A stretch of DNA of 64,000 nucleotides from an uncultured Holophaga sp. (GTDB lineage Bacteria; Acidobacteriota; Holophagae; Holophagales; Holophagaceae): positions 192,001 through 256,000 of the forward strand of contig OY761614.1 of the NCBI GenBank assembly GCA_963664825.1, written 5' to 3'. Position 1 is the stretch's first letter; every line of letters begins with the position of its first letter. The position numbers and the translations under genes are program-made. Below are positions 49,958-60,668 of this stretch, one piece after another. The notes beneath the pieces are model-generated. The model made no database searches. It was given only the letters and a program-made list of their open reading frames with translations, and was not told the origin of the DNA.

Positions 49958-51451
49958 ATGACTCGTCCCATCGTCACCCGTTTCGCACCCAGTCCCACAG
50001 GCATGCTCCACATCGGCGGCGTGAGAACCGCCCTCTTCTGCTGGCTCTTTGCCCGCAAGCACGCTGGCCGCTTCATCCTGCGCATCGAGGACACGGATCT
50101 CGACCGCTCCACCGACGACAATATCCGCATCATCGAGGAAGGCATGGCCTGGGTGGGCCTGGACTGGGACGAAGGCCCCGTGCCAGGCGATCCCACGAAG
50201 TGGGTCGGCGAGCACGGCCCCTACCGCCAGATGCAGCGCATGGAATCCCACTACAAGCCCGCCGTGGAGAGGCTCCTGGCGGAGGGCAAGGCCTACCGCT
50301 GCCGCTGTTCGAAGGAGGACCTGGACGCCCGCCGAAAGGCCGTCGAGGCCAAGGGCGTGCCCTTCCAGTACAACCGCGGCCTGGATGCGGGAAACGGATG
50401 CCGCCACCGGCACTTCGACGCCAGCGAGCCCTTCGCGGTGCGCCTCTGCATGCCCGAAGGCATGGAACCCTGGCTGGAGGAGGGCGCCATCGTCTGGACC
50501 GATCTCATCAAGGGGCGCCTGGCCTTTCCCGCCGAGAGTCTGGACGACTGGATCATCGCCCGCACGGGTGAAGAGGGCCAGATCGGCGTGCCCACCTACA
50601 ACTTCTGCGTGGTAGTCGACGACACAAGCATGGAGGTCTCCCATGTCATGCGGGGTGACGACCATGTCTCCAATACCCCCAAGCAGATTGCCCTCTACCA
50701 CGCCATGGGCTATGAGCTGCCGGAGTTCGGCCACGTGCCCATGATCCTCGGCAAGGACGGCGCCAAGCTCAGCAAGCGCCACGGGGCCACCAGCATCACC
50801 GAATACCAGGCCATGGGATTTCTGCCCTCGGCCATCCGCCTGGCCCTGGCGCGACTCTCCTGGACGCCTAAAATCGACGGCCAGGCCGCCGAGACCGCCG
50901 AGGAGGAACTACTCACGGACGCCCAGATGATCGAGCTCTTCGATCTCAAGGACATCCAGAAGAGCCCCGCCCGCTTCGATATGGACAAACTCGGCTGGAT
51001 AAACCAGAAGCTCATCCAGAGGGCCACCTGGCAGGAGCTGGAACCCCACCTCGCACCCTTTCTGCCCGAGGCCTGGAAGGCGAAATCCGACGACTGGAAG
51101 CGCATCGCCATCACGTGCACCCAGAAGGGCAAGAGCCTCAAGGAAATGGCCGAGAGCCTCGCCTTCTGCTGGGAAAAGCCAACAGCCTTCGACGAGAAGG
51201 CCGTGGGCAAGTTCATGACCGAGGCCGTGAAACCCGCCCTGGGGGAGGTGGCCGCCTTCACCAATTACGATCACGACACGCTCCAGGCGGCCTTCAACGC
51301 CCTCCTGGAACGCTACAACCTCAAGCTCAAGGACCTGGCCCAGGCCCTGCGGGTGGCCCTCTGCGGCAAGCCCGTCAGCCCGCCCATCTTCGATACCCTG
51401 TTCCTGCTGGGCCGCGAAGAGGTCGCCAGTCGGCTGGAGAAGTGGATCTGA
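49958..51451 (+). CDS. gltX: glutamate--tRNA ligase
   Basis: RFAPSPTG, HIGG, RIEDTD and KLSKR motifs; anticodon-binding domain present. Confidence 0.95.
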   Translation: MTRPIVTRFAPSPTGMLHIGGVRTALFCWLFARKHAGRFILRIEDTDLDRSTDDNIRIIEEGMAWVGLDWDEGPVPGDPTKWVGEHGPYRQMQRMESHYKPAVERLLAEGKAYRCRCSKEDLDARRKAVEAKGVPFQYNRGLDAGNGCRHRHFDASEPFAVRLCMPEGMEPWLEEGAIVWTDLIKGRLAFPAESLDDWIIARTGEEGQIGVPTYNFCVVVDDTSMEVSHVMRGDDHVSNTPKQIALYHAMGYELPEFGHVPMILGKDGAKLSKRHGATSITEYQAMGFLPSAIRLALARLSWTPKIDGQAAETAEEELLTDAQMIELFDLKDIQKSPARFDMDKLGWINQKLIQRATWQELEPHLAPFLPEAWKAKSDDWKRIAITCTQKGKSLKEMAESLAFCWEKPTAFDEKAVGKFMTEAVKPALGEVAAFTNYDHDTLQAAFNALLERYNLKLKDLAQALRVALCGKPVSPPIFDTLFLLGREEVASRLEKWI

Positions 51452-51478
51452 AGCCCGGTCCCATTCCGAGGAGCGCAC

Positions 51479-51823
51479 ATGTCCGAGAAACTGGAAGCCT
51501 TCCGCCTCTTTAGGGAGCAGATGAACGAGCGGATCCTGGGGGAGAAAAACCAGGTCATCAACCGGTTCTTCGCCCTGGATACCCGCGCCTACGAGGCCTC
51601 GGCGCTGGACGCGAAGACCAAGGAGATGCTGGGCCTGGTGGCCTCTATGGTGCTGCGCTGCGACGACTGCATCTCCTACCACGTGACCCAGTGCAAGCGC
51701 GCCGGAGTCACCCGCGAGGAGCTCTTCGAGGTCTTCAGCGTCGGCCTCGTGGTGGGAGGCTCCATCGTCATCCCCCACCTGCGACGGGCCGTGGATCTGC
51801 TGGAGGAGCTGGAGCAGGACTAG
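51479..51823 (+). CDS. carboxymuconolactone decarboxylase/AhpD family protein
   Basis: LD.KTKE...LRCDDCISYH. Confidence 0.88.
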   Translation: MSEKLEAFRLFREQMNERILGEKNQVINRFFALDTRAYEASALDAKTKEMLGLVASMVLRCDDCISYHVTQCKRAGVTREELFEVFSVGLVVGGSIVIPHLRRAVDLLEELEQD

Positions 51824-51890
51824 CCCAGGCCCATCGGTGTGAATCGGCGTGCATCATTGTTGAAAAACAATCTTCAACTCTGATGCACGC

Positions 51891-53219
51891 CTATCCCTGC
51901 ACCGGGTGATCCTCCCGGAAGCGCTTCAGGCGCTCCTCCAGGAGGGGGAACTGCTCGCGCTTGACCAGGGAGGTGCAGGCGCGAAGGCCTTCGGTGCGCT
52001 CGCTGCCGGTGATGCCGAGGGTGATGGCGCTGATGCCGTAGTGGACGAGGGCCGAGAGGAGCTCGCCGCCGCCCATGCCGGGGTAGGCGAAGGTGAAATA
52101 GAAGCCATCGGCGATGGGATCCTCCAGATCCCTGTCATAGACGATCCGGAAGCCATTCTCCGTGAAGAGGCGCTTCATCACCTTGGCCTTCTCGCCGTAT
52201 TCCTGGATGGCGGCCACGAAATTGATCTCGCCGTCGTTGACGGCCTTAAGGATGGCGGCCACGGCGTACTGGGCGGAGTGGCTGGTGCCGGAAGTGAGTC
52301 CGTAGATGGCGCCAAAGACCAGGGCGTGGCCCAGCTGGTCCGAATTGAAGAAGCGCAACAGATCGGGGCTGCGCAGCTCCCACACCTTGTCGGAAACCAC
52401 CATCAGGCCCAGACGCTCGCCCGCGTAGCTGAAGGCCTTGGAACTCGAGATGAGCAGGATGTAGTTATCCGTGTAATGGGCCACCGTGGGCTGGAAGGGC
52501 GCCTTCCCTGGGCAGGAGTAGTCCTTGCGGAAGTCCATGGCGAAGTAGGCCAGATCCTCGATGACGACGACGTTGTACTTCGTCGCCAGTTCGCCGATGG
52601 TGCGCAGTTCGTCTTCGGTGAAACAGATCCAGCTGGGGTTATTGGGGCTGGAATAGAGGATGGAGGAGACCTTGCCGGTCTTGAGGTAGGACTCCAACTT
52701 GGCCCGCAGCTTGTCGCCCCGGTAGTCATAGACATCGAAAGACATCGAATTGTGGCCCAGCAGCTTGCACTGGAGCTTCTGCACGGGGAATCCGGGGTCC
52801 AGGTACAGCGTGCCTTCCCGGTCGGCCCACATGCGGTTCACCGTCATGAAGGCCGCCATGCCGCCCATCATGGAGCCCACGGTGGGAACGCAGTGCTCCG
52901 GATCCACATCCACATCCAGGAACAGCTTGGCGAAGCGGGCCGTCTCCTTCTTCAGCGCAGGAATGCCCTGAATATCAGGATAGATGGCCGCCACACCGTC
53001 CTTCAGGGCCTGGATCTGGGCGTCCACGCCGACTTGCAACGCGGGCAGGCCCGGAATGCCCATCTCCATGCGGATGAAGCGCTCCCCGGTCTCCTCTTCA
53101 ATCAGGTCCACGATCTTCTTGATCTCACGGATGGAGGCCACGCCGAGATCCTTCAGACCCAATTCCCGGGTCCGGCGGTTCACCACTTCGGCATTGATGG
53201 GGGTCGGTCTGGAAGCCAT
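51891..53219 (-). CDS. PLP-dependent aminotransferase class I/II
   Basis: PNNP, EDLAY and SSSKAFSYAGER motifs. Confidence 0.88.
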   Translation of the reverse strand: MASRPTPINAEVVNRRTRELGLKDLGVASIREIKKIVDLIEEETGERFIRMEMGIPGLPALQVGVDAQIQALKDGVAAIYPDIQGIPALKKETARFAKLFLDVDVDPEHCVPTVGSMMGGMAAFMTVNRMWADREGTLYLDPGFPVQKLQCKLLGHNSMSFDVYDYRGDKLRAKLESYLKTGKVSSILYSSPNNPSWICFTEDELRTIGELATKYNVVVIEDLAYFAMDFRKDYSCPGKAPFQPTVAHYTDNYILLISSSKAFSYAGERLGLMVVSDKVWELRSPDLLRFFNSDQLGHALVFGAIYGLTSGTSHSAQYAVAAILKAVNDGEINFVAAIQEYGEKAKVMKRLFTENGFRIVYDRDLEDPIADGFYFTFAYPGMGGGELLSALVHYGISAITLGITGSERTEGLRACTSLVKREQFPLLEERLKRFREDHPVQG

Positions 53220-53375
53220 GAGAACTCCGGGGGATTCACCCAAAAAGGGGCACTAGGGCAGGATTGCATCCCGGAAATGCCTGTCAAGAGAGCCCGGCCA
53301 AGGTGTGGGCTAGGTCACAGACTGGGCCTGGGCCGGGCATGCGGATCCAGAGTGAACGTTTTCCCCGAAAAGGGC

Positions 53376-55967
53376 TCAGGGCTTCTGCTCCCGGTATTCA
53401 AGGAAGCCGCTGGTGTCCTTGCGGAGAACATGAAGCAGCTGGTCTCCGTCGAAACCCATCCGAAGGAACGGGTAGCTTCCCGGGTCAGGCCCGGCGAGGG
53501 TCTCATGCCAGCCCAGAGCGTCCTGGTGGAAGACCTTCAGCCCGTGCACACAGCGATAGAGCACCGCGATCCGCGTCCCATCCGGGGAAAGGGTGGCCTT
53601 CGCCGTCGTGCTGGCGCCATCGCTGGAGCGGGATCCGAGCACCACGGGGTCCAGCCAGACGCCCCCCTTCTTCTGCAGGGCGACCAGGGAATAGGTCATC
53701 TGAGGATCAGTGGAACCATATCTTTCGTAGAACACCCATCCATTGTCGGAATCCGTCCAATAGCCTTCCAGGAAGTCATACCAGCCGGCGCTGATGGTCC
53801 CCGTGGGGAGCGTTTGGCCGACCCAGGCGCCGACTGAATTCTTCGTATACTCCACGGCCGAGTTCCAGCTCCCGAACAGGAGGTGGGGCTGACCGGTTGC
53901 ATTCACCCACACGTGATAGGTCCCGATGTTGGAGATCTTGGGATCCACCCCGGCAAGCGATTCCGAAACCCATGCGCCGCTCACCTTGTGGACATAGGTG
54001 AGCGTGTCCGTGGAACCGCCAGAGGGGTTTGTCGCGCTGCTGTGATCCAGCAGCGCATGGGGGCTGCCATCCTTGTCCAGGCAGAAGGCTAGCCCATCGT
54101 TGCCAGTGGTCCAGCTTGAAGCCTTGCCTTGGGTCATCGCTTCGCTCTTCCACTGGGTTCCGTCATACCAATCGTGGAAGAGAACGAGTTCACTGGCGTC
54201 CTGAGAAGCCGTCCGAATGAGAAGGAGGTGGGGCCACCCTGCGGGGTCCGTCCTGAGGAAGGTCGAGGCGATGCGGGTCGGAGCGGCGGGGAAATAGGCG
54301 ACCCAGGGGTCGCCGGTATTGGCCCGAACGCCGAAGGGGGAGCGGGTTCCGAAGGCCCAGGCCCCCTGGGAGCGAAGATCCGCATCATCGGCATCGGGCA
54401 GGCTCAGGGCCGTGGACTTGAGATCCAAGGCATCGGCATGATTCGGCGTGACCGCGGGTGCGCCCGTGCTCGCCGCCTCGAGACTTCCGAGTTTCGCGAC
54501 CACCGTGTATGTGAAGTACCCGAGCCCCGTGACGCTGTCCTCGTACGAGGTCGTCCCAGGTGAAAGAAGGGCCACATCTGATGCATAGCTGGCCCAATAT
54601 CCGGCCCCGAGTCCGCGGCGCAACACCACCTGGTTGGCAGCTTGGCTCCGGTTCTCCCAAGTGACCTTGAATCCCTTGGCCGTGGTCACCACCTGCAGGT
54701 TCACCGGAGCAGACAGCGGCACCGTGACCGCATAAGACATCGCTGTAGGCAGGCTGGCCACGCTCCCACGGAGATTGATCACGCGATAGAAGTATCCCTT
54801 GGCTTCCTGGGCGCTCGTGTCGAGGAAATTCGTCGTGCTGGCCGTCAGCCCAGCCAGAGCCGTCCAGTTTCCTACAAGCTGCCCGTTGGCATCCCCATCC
54901 GAACGTTCGATCCTCGAAGCCTCCGCCTCCTGGGTATTGGCGTACCAGGAGACATAAACACCGCCCTTCGCAGAGTCATAGGAAGCGGTGATCCAACTTG
55001 GAGATGGAAGCCCGCACAGGACGGTATTGGAAGAGACGGAAGCGCTGTGAAGGACTCCCTTCAGGTTGGTGACGCGATAGAGATAGTACTTGTCGCTCAG
55101 GGTCCCTGAATCGAGATACGTGGTGGCGCTCGGGTCCGAAACCGGCAGCGAAATCCAACTGCCCGTGGGCGACCCCCAATTGCTGCATTCGGCCCGTTCC
55201 AGTGTGAATCCATCCACGAGGGGGGCATTCCGATTCCAGGCAATCCGTATGGCCGAGGTCCCCCAATCGTAGGTGGCACTCACCTGGGTCGGTACCATGA
55301 CACCCGTGAACACGGCGGAAGAGGAACTGCTGACCGGACTCGCCAGACTGCCCTTCAGATTGGTGATGCGATAGAGGTAATACTTATCGTTCACAACATC
55401 GGAATCCAAATAGGTGACGGCACTTGAGTCCGCGACAGGCAGCGTGATCCAGTTTCCGATGGGCGATCCCCAGCTTTCGCACTCGGTCCGCTCAATCTTC
55501 AGTCTCTCCGCCACCTGGGAGTTCCGCGCCCAGGAGAGGGCAACGCCTTGGCGCCCCCAGTCGTACTGACCCGCGATCCCGCTTGGCGCAAGGAGCCCCG
55601 TCTGATAATTCGCTTCATTTGAGTAGGAGCTATAGGCGCCCCCACGAACCGCACGAAGGCGGAAGGAGAAGGTCGTCAATTCAGGTAACGTGCCCTGAAA
55701 CGTGAGATACAGGCTCTGGACGTTCCACGGAATGAGATCCGTGTTGAGCTTTTGAAAATCAGCGGTGCCTTTTTTGGCCTCGAGTTCAAGCCCATCCACG
55801 CTACTCCCAGGCGACTGCCAGGACAGCACGACCGTGTCTGGCGAACCACCTGAAGTCACGACCAGCGCGGTAGGAGCCGGCACGCTGGACGTGGGCTGGC
55901 TTCCCCCGCCACCGCATGCATTGAGCAGGAGTAGGATTCCGGGAAGGCAGATCTTCAGATAGCGCAT
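53376..55967 (-). CDS. large lipoprotein with about five fibronectin-III-like domains and a beta-rich C-terminal domain
   Basis: Lipobox LLNA-C; repeated W..N....IER...W..L......T.Y.D......Y.YR. Confidence 0.8.
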   Translation of the reverse strand: MRYLKICLPGILLLLNACGGGGSQPTSSVPAPTALVVTSGGSPDTVVLSWQSPGSSVDGLELEAKKGTADFQKLNTDLIPWNVQSLYLTFQGTLPELTTFSFRLRAVRGGAYSSYSNEANYQTGLLAPSGIAGQYDWGRQGVALSWARNSQVAERLKIERTECESWGSPIGNWITLPVADSSAVTYLDSDVVNDKYYLYRITNLKGSLASPVSSSSSAVFTGVMVPTQVSATYDWGTSAIRIAWNRNAPLVDGFTLERAECSNWGSPTGSWISLPVSDPSATTYLDSGTLSDKYYLYRVTNLKGVLHSASVSSNTVLCGLPSPSWITASYDSAKGGVYVSWYANTQEAEASRIERSDGDANGQLVGNWTALAGLTASTTNFLDTSAQEAKGYFYRVINLRGSVASLPTAMSYAVTVPLSAPVNLQVVTTAKGFKVTWENRSQAANQVVLRRGLGAGYWASYASDVALLSPGTTSYEDSVTGLGYFTYTVVAKLGSLEAASTGAPAVTPNHADALDLKSTALSLPDADDADLRSQGAWAFGTRSPFGVRANTGDPWVAYFPAAPTRIASTFLRTDPAGWPHLLLIRTASQDASELVLFHDWYDGTQWKSEAMTQGKASSWTTGNDGLAFCLDKDGSPHALLDHSSATNPSGGSTDTLTYVHKVSGAWVSESLAGVDPKISNIGTYHVWVNATGQPHLLFGSWNSAVEYTKNSVGAWVGQTLPTGTISAGWYDFLEGYWTDSDNGWVFYERYGSTDPQMTYSLVALQKKGGVWLDPVVLGSRSSDGASTTAKATLSPDGTRIAVLYRCVHGLKVFHQDALGWHETLAGPDPGSYPFLRMGFDGDQLLHVLRKDTSGFLEYREQKP

Positions 55968-56296
55968 CACACGCACCCCATTTGCAATAATTAATCCAAC
56001 ATTAGATCCCAAAAAACAATCGAGGGAAAGACATTCATCAAGAACCTTCGCCGGAAATTTAAACTTTCCAGGATCGATAGTCTCCAAATTCAAACGGGGT
56101 CCCTGGGCATCCGGCCGGACCGGATTCGAAGCAGAGGACTACCTCCTTCTACGATGGATGGAGATCTCCAGGCAGAGGAGGCCGCCGTACCCCCCCTGGC
56201 CCCAAATCCTTGGTAAAATCCAATATCGGTCTCTTGCCCTTGTTTCTTGGGAGCCCTCCAGGGATCGGCCATTGTGTCTGCCTGAATGGACGAAAT

Positions 56297-58003
56297 ATGA
56301 CCCCTGAATTCCCCGCCCCCGAGACCCGCAGCCTCCACTTCATCGAGGAGATCCTGGAGGCCGATCTGGCCTCCCAGAAACACGGCGGGCGCGTCATGAC
56401 GCGCTTCCCCCCGGAGCCCAACGGCTACCTCCACATCGGCCACGCCAAATCCATCTGCATCAACTTCGGCCTGGCCCAGAAGTACGGCGGGAAGACGAAC
56501 CTGCGCTTCGACGACACGAACCCCACGAAGGAAGATATCGAATACGTGGATTCCATCCGGGAGGACGTGCACTGGCTGGGATTTGAATGGGCCGGGGAGC
56601 ACTACGCCAGCGATTACTTCCCCTTCCTCTACGACTATGCGGAGTATCTCATTGGGCAGGGCAAGGCCTATGTCTGCGATCTATCCGACGAGGAGATCAA
56701 GGAATACCGGGGAAATTTCTATAACCCGGGCAAGGAGAGCCCCTACCGGAATCGCACGGTGGAAGAAAACCTCGATCTCTTCCGGCGCATGAGGGCAGGG
56801 GAGTTTCCGGATGGTTCGCGCACACTGCGGGCGAAAATCGATATGCAGTCCCCCAACATGAACCTGCGGGATCCCCTCATGTACCGCATCAAGCGCGCCC
56901 ATCATCACCGCACGGGCGACGCCTGGCTCATCTACCCGATGTACGATTTCGCCCACGGCGTCAGCGATGCCCTGGAGACCATCACCCACTCCATCTGCAC
57001 CCTCGAATTCGAGGACCATCGCCCGCTGTACGAGTGGTTTCTCGAACAAGACGTGGAGGGGAAATTTTTCCAGCGCCCCCTGCCCCGCCAGATCGAATTC
57101 GCGCGCCTCAACCTCACCCACACGGTGATGAGTAAGCGCCGCCTCCTCCAGCTCGTGCAAGAAAACCAGGTGCAGGGCTGGGACGATCCCCGCATGCCCA
57201 CCATCTGCGGCCTGCGCCGCCGGGGCTACACGCCGGAAGCCGTGCGCGCCTTCGCCGAGCATGTGGGCGTGGCCAAACGCGATATGGTGGCCGACGTGGA
57301 GCTGTTGGAACACTGCATCCGGCAGGACCTGGAAGCCCGTGCCCCCCGCGCCATGGCCGTGCTGCGCCCCCTGAAGTTGGTCATCACCAACATGAGCGAG
57401 GCTGAAACCTTCGAAGTGGAGCTGCCCCGTCACCCCGAGCATCCGGAACTGGGCACGCGCAGGATCCCCTTCTCCCACGAGCTCTGGATCGACCAGGACG
57501 ATTTCCGGGAGGAGGCCCCCAAGAAGTGGTTCCGCCTGGCCCCCGGCGCCGAGGTGCGCCTGCGGGGCGCGGCCCTCGTGCGCTGCGAGGAGATTGTGAA
57601 GGATTCGACAGGCGCTGTCGTGGAGCTGCGCTGCACCTGGGACCCGGCCTCCAAGGGAGGCAACGCCCCGGATGGCCGCAAGGTGAAGGGCACCATCCAC
57701 TGGGTGAGCGCGAGGCACGCCCTGGACGCCGAGGTGCGGCTCTACGAGCAGCTCTTCCTAGCCGACGACCCCATGGACGTGCCCGAGAGCCAGGACTGGC
57801 ACCAGGGCATCAATCCCCAGAGTCTGGAGATCCTCCGAGCCAAGCTGGAGCCCAGCCTGGCCTCGGCCCAGCCCGGCGAGCGCTTCCAGTTCGAGCGTAC
57901 TGGATATTTCGCCGTGGACCTGGATTCCAAACCCGGCGCCCTGGTCTTCAACCGCACCGTGGGCCTAAAGGACAGCTGGTCCAAGATCGAGGCGAAGGGC
58001 TGA
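56297..58003 (+). CDS. glnS: glutamine--tRNA ligase
   Basis: [17 protein letters not shown] and FQFER.GYF motifs. Confidence 0.96.
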   Translation: MTPEFPAPETRSLHFIEEILEADLASQKHGGRVMTRFPPEPNGYLHIGHAKSICINFGLAQKYGGKTNLRFDDTNPTKEDIEYVDSIREDVHWLGFEWAGEHYASDYFPFLYDYAEYLIGQGKAYVCDLSDEEIKEYRGNFYNPGKESPYRNRTVEENLDLFRRMRAGEFPDGSRTLRAKIDMQSPNMNLRDPLMYRIKRAHHHRTGDAWLIYPMYDFAHGVSDALETITHSICTLEFEDHRPLYEWFLEQDVEGKFFQRPLPRQIEFARLNLTHTVMSKRRLLQLVQENQVQGWDDPRMPTICGLRRRGYTPEAVRAFAEHVGVAKRDMVADVELLEHCIRQDLEARAPRAMAVLRPLKLVITNMSEAETFEVELPRHPEHPELGTRRIPFSHELWIDQDDFREEAPKKWFRLAPGAEVRLRGAALVRCEEIVKDSTGAVVELRCTWDPASKGGNAPDGRKVKGTIHWVSARHALDAEVRLYEQLFLADDPMDVPESQDWHQGINPQSLEILRAKLEPSLASAQPGERFQFERTGYFAVDLDSKPGALVFNRTVGLKDSWSKIEAKG

Positions 58004-58136
58004 ACCTCCTGGGCCACCATCCGACACGGCGAAGCCGTGGAGGATAGGACGGAACGGCCCGTCAGGGCCGTTGCCGCCCGAAGGGCGCGGGCCAGCGGCC
58101 CGCGTCACGATCGAAGCCGAGGACTTACTGGGGACC

Positions 58137-59453
58137 CTATTTCAGGCTGTCCTTGTAGATCTTCCCGTCCTTCATGATCACGAGGAAGTTCTTCGCCGGA
58201 TCCTCGATGAGCCTGAGGTTGGCGATGGGGTCGCCATCCACCAGCAGGAGATCGGCCAGGGCGCCCTCCTGCACCAGACCCAGCTTCCCCGGGTAGGGAT
58301 TGCGAGGCCCGGAGAGGGCCAGCAGCTCGGCATTGGTGCTGGTCCCCATCACCAGCGTCTCGGCGGGTGTGAACCAGCGCACCATCTTGGCCAGCTGGGC
58401 CCCCTGGCGGGCCGCCAGCTTGGCGTCGAAGAGCACGTCGGTACCCCAGGCCAGCTTGACGTGGTGCTTCTTCGCAAGCGCATAGGCCGTATCGGTGCCC
58501 TTGTGCATCTGGAGCATCTTGACGTGGTTCTCCGAGCCGACCGGGAAAGGCGCCGCGTCCTCATCGTCCAGGAAGGGCTGGAGGCAGAGCCAGATCCCCT
58601 TGTCGGCGATGAGCCTGGCGGTGGCCTCGTCCATCAGCTGCCCGTGGTCGATGCAGCGCACGCCCGCGCGGATGGCCGTCTGGATGGCACGAGGCGTGTA
58701 GGCGTGGACCGTCACGTAGGTGCCCATGTTCTCCGCGGCCTCCACGGCTGCGTGGAACTCGGCCTCCGTGTACTGGCTGGCGTCCAGGGGATCGTAGTTC
58801 GAAGCCACGCCGCCCCCAGCGGCCAGCTTCAGGAAGACGGAGCCGCGCATAAACTGCTCCCGGGCCCGCAGGCGCACCTCGTCGGGATTATCGGCGATGG
58901 CCGAGGCCCCGGTCACTTCCTGATGGCTCAGGGTCCCGATGGCCTTCGGCACCTCGAAGGGCATCCGGAAGTCCCCGTGGCCACCGGTTTGCGAGATCAT
59001 GGCCCCGGACGGCCAGATCCTGGGCCCCTCCACCACGCCCGTATCGATGGCCCGTTTGAGACCGAAGACCGGGCCCGACAGATCGCGCACGCTGGTGAAA
59101 CCCCGCAGGAGCGTATTGCGGGCCTCCCTGCCCGCCACCAGCACCAGGTAGCCCTCGTCGGCGGTGAGCATCACGGCCTCCGGCAGCACCGCCATCATGG
59201 AGTGCCAGTGGGCATCGATGAGTCCGGGCATCAAGGTGCGACCGCCCCCCTGGATGACACGGGCGCCTTCCGCGGGGATGGGAATACTAGAGATCTTCTC
59301 GATCCGGTTGCCCTTCACCAGCACATGGGAGGGTGCAGACAAGGCATGGGCCTTGCCATCGAAGATGCGGACATTTTCGAACAGGACCGCGTCCTGCGCC
59401 AGCGCCGCCCAGCCGATGAGAAGCGCGAAGGAAAGCAACGTCTTGCGTCGCAT
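58137..59453 (-). CDS. exported amidohydrolase (Xaa-Pro dipeptidase-like)
   Basis: Signal peptide; PGLIDAHWH, TGGHGD, VHAY, DHG and GTD motifs. Confidence 0.88.
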   Translation of the reverse strand: MRRKTLLSFALLIGWAALAQDAVLFENVRIFDGKAHALSAPSHVLVKGNRIEKISSIPIPAEGARVIQGGGRTLMPGLIDAHWHSMMAVLPEAVMLTADEGYLVLVAGREARNTLLRGFTSVRDLSGPVFGLKRAIDTGVVEGPRIWPSGAMISQTGGHGDFRMPFEVPKAIGTLSHQEVTGASAIADNPDEVRLRAREQFMRGSVFLKLAAGGGVASNYDPLDASQYTEAEFHAAVEAAENMGTYVTVHAYTPRAIQTAIRAGVRCIDHGQLMDEATARLIADKGIWLCLQPFLDDEDAAPFPVGSENHVKMLQMHKGTDTAYALAKKHHVKLAWGTDVLFDAKLAARQGAQLAKMVRWFTPAETLVMGTSTNAELLALSGPRNPYPGKLGLVQEGALADLLLVDGDPIANLRLIEDPAKNFLVIMKDGKIYKDSLK

Positions 59454-59563
59454 GGGACCTCCAGATTGGGGAGAGAATGCGAAATTCTAGCCCCATCCCG
59501 GGTCCAATGTGCCTTAGGAAAACAAGGGAGGAAGGCCGATCCCTCCCAGGTGCCCACAAAGCC

Positions 59564-59593
59564 GAAGGGCCGCGGGTTGCCCCGCGGCCCTTC
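59564..59593 (-). terminator. terminator hairpin after exbD
   Basis: GAAGGGCCGCGGG-ttgc-CCCGCGGCCCTTC. Confidence 0.6.
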
Positions 59594-59615
59594 TGTCATT
59601 CAACGTTCAAACCGT

Positions 59616-60098
59616 TCAGGGATTCCGCTTCTTCACGGAGGTGGCAACCTTGACTTCGCCCCCGTCCAATCCGCCCCATTCGGGCTTCGCGGCGGTTTCC
59701 TTCCGGGCCCGGTCGGAAGCGACACGGATCTGGTCCAGCACCTGCACGGCCACTTGGTAGGGCGTCTCCTCGTCGATCTTGACGAAGACCTTGCGCATGC
59801 CCGCAGGCTGCAGCTGCACCACCGGGGTCAGCCGATTGGCGATCTCGGTGAGGTCCAGGGGTTCGCCCTGGAGCTTGATGACATAGGCCTTGTTGTCGGC
59901 CGTGGGATCCACATCCACCACGAGGCGCTCGTCCTTGATGTTCTTGGGCAGCGGCTCGTTCGTCTTGACCACCTGAGGCACGACGACGGGCATGGACTTG
60001 GACATGCCCGGCACCATCACGATGAAGATGATGAGGAGCACCAGCACGATGTCGATCAGCGGAGTGACGTTGATATCGGACTTCGTGTGACTGCTCAT
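59616..60098 (-). CDS. exbD: ExbD/TolR family protein
   Basis: INVTPLIDIVLVLLIIF. Confidence 0.88.
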   Translation of the reverse strand: MSSHTKSDINVTPLIDIVLVLLIIFIVMVPGMSKSMPVVVPQVVKTNEPLPKNIKDERLVVDVDPTADNKAYVIKLQGEPLDLTEIANRLTPVVQLQPAGMRKVFVKIDEETPYQVAVQVLDQIRVASDRARKETAAKPEWGGLDGGEVKVATSVKKRNP

Positions 60099-60607
60099 TT
60101 CGCGTCCTCCTTGCCCTTGTCCTCGGCAGTGACGATGGAGGCCTCGTCAGCTCCGCCCTCACGGCAGATCTGGAAGAGCTTGTCCACATACTTGTAGGGC
60201 AGGTCCGCATCCGCCTTGACGAATACGCGCTTGTCCGACAGCTGATCGGTGGAGGCCTTGATGAACCTCACCAGGGCGGCGCGACCCTCGTCGGTGGTCA
60301 TGTCCCAACCCTTGACGCCCTTGCCTTCGCGCTTGGCGGCCTCATCGTCCAACTGGACGAAACCGGGAACGACGACGCCATCCTTGGATTTTTCGTTATC
60401 GCGGCCGAGCATCAGGTTCAGGTATTTAGCACCCTGTTCCACTACGGCCTTTTCAGAGTGTTTGGCAAGGGGCAGCTTCACAGCAGCGTTCACAGCAGGC
60501 GTGATCACGATGAAGATGATCAGAAGCACCAAACAGATGTCCACCAGAGGCGTAACATTGATGTCTGACTTTACGCCGCCGCCCTTACCGCCTACGTCCA
60601 TACTCAT
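60095..60607 (-). CDS. exbD: ExbD/TolR family protein (second paralog)
   Basis: INVTPLVDICLVLLIIF...VFVKAD. Confidence 0.88.
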   Translation of the reverse strand: MSMDVGGKGGGVKSDINVTPLVDICLVLLIIFIVITPAVNAAVKLPLAKHSEKAVVEQGAKYLNLMLGRDNEKSKDGVVVPGFVQLDDEAAKREGKGVKGWDMTTDEGRAALVRFIKASTDQLSDKRVFVKADADLPYKYVDKLFQICREGGADEASIVTAEDKGKEDAK

Positions 60608-60668
60608 AGGTATCTCCTCGAGTTGGGCGCGGGGGGCTTTGTCACCCCCCGCGCGGGTGGAAGGGTAA

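Noticed and set aside
49958..58003. Co-occurrence of gltX and glnS
   Set aside because: Ordinary; both look canonical
58030..58110. Cluster of short GC hairpins after glnS
   Set aside because: Adequately explained as a terminator region between convergent genes
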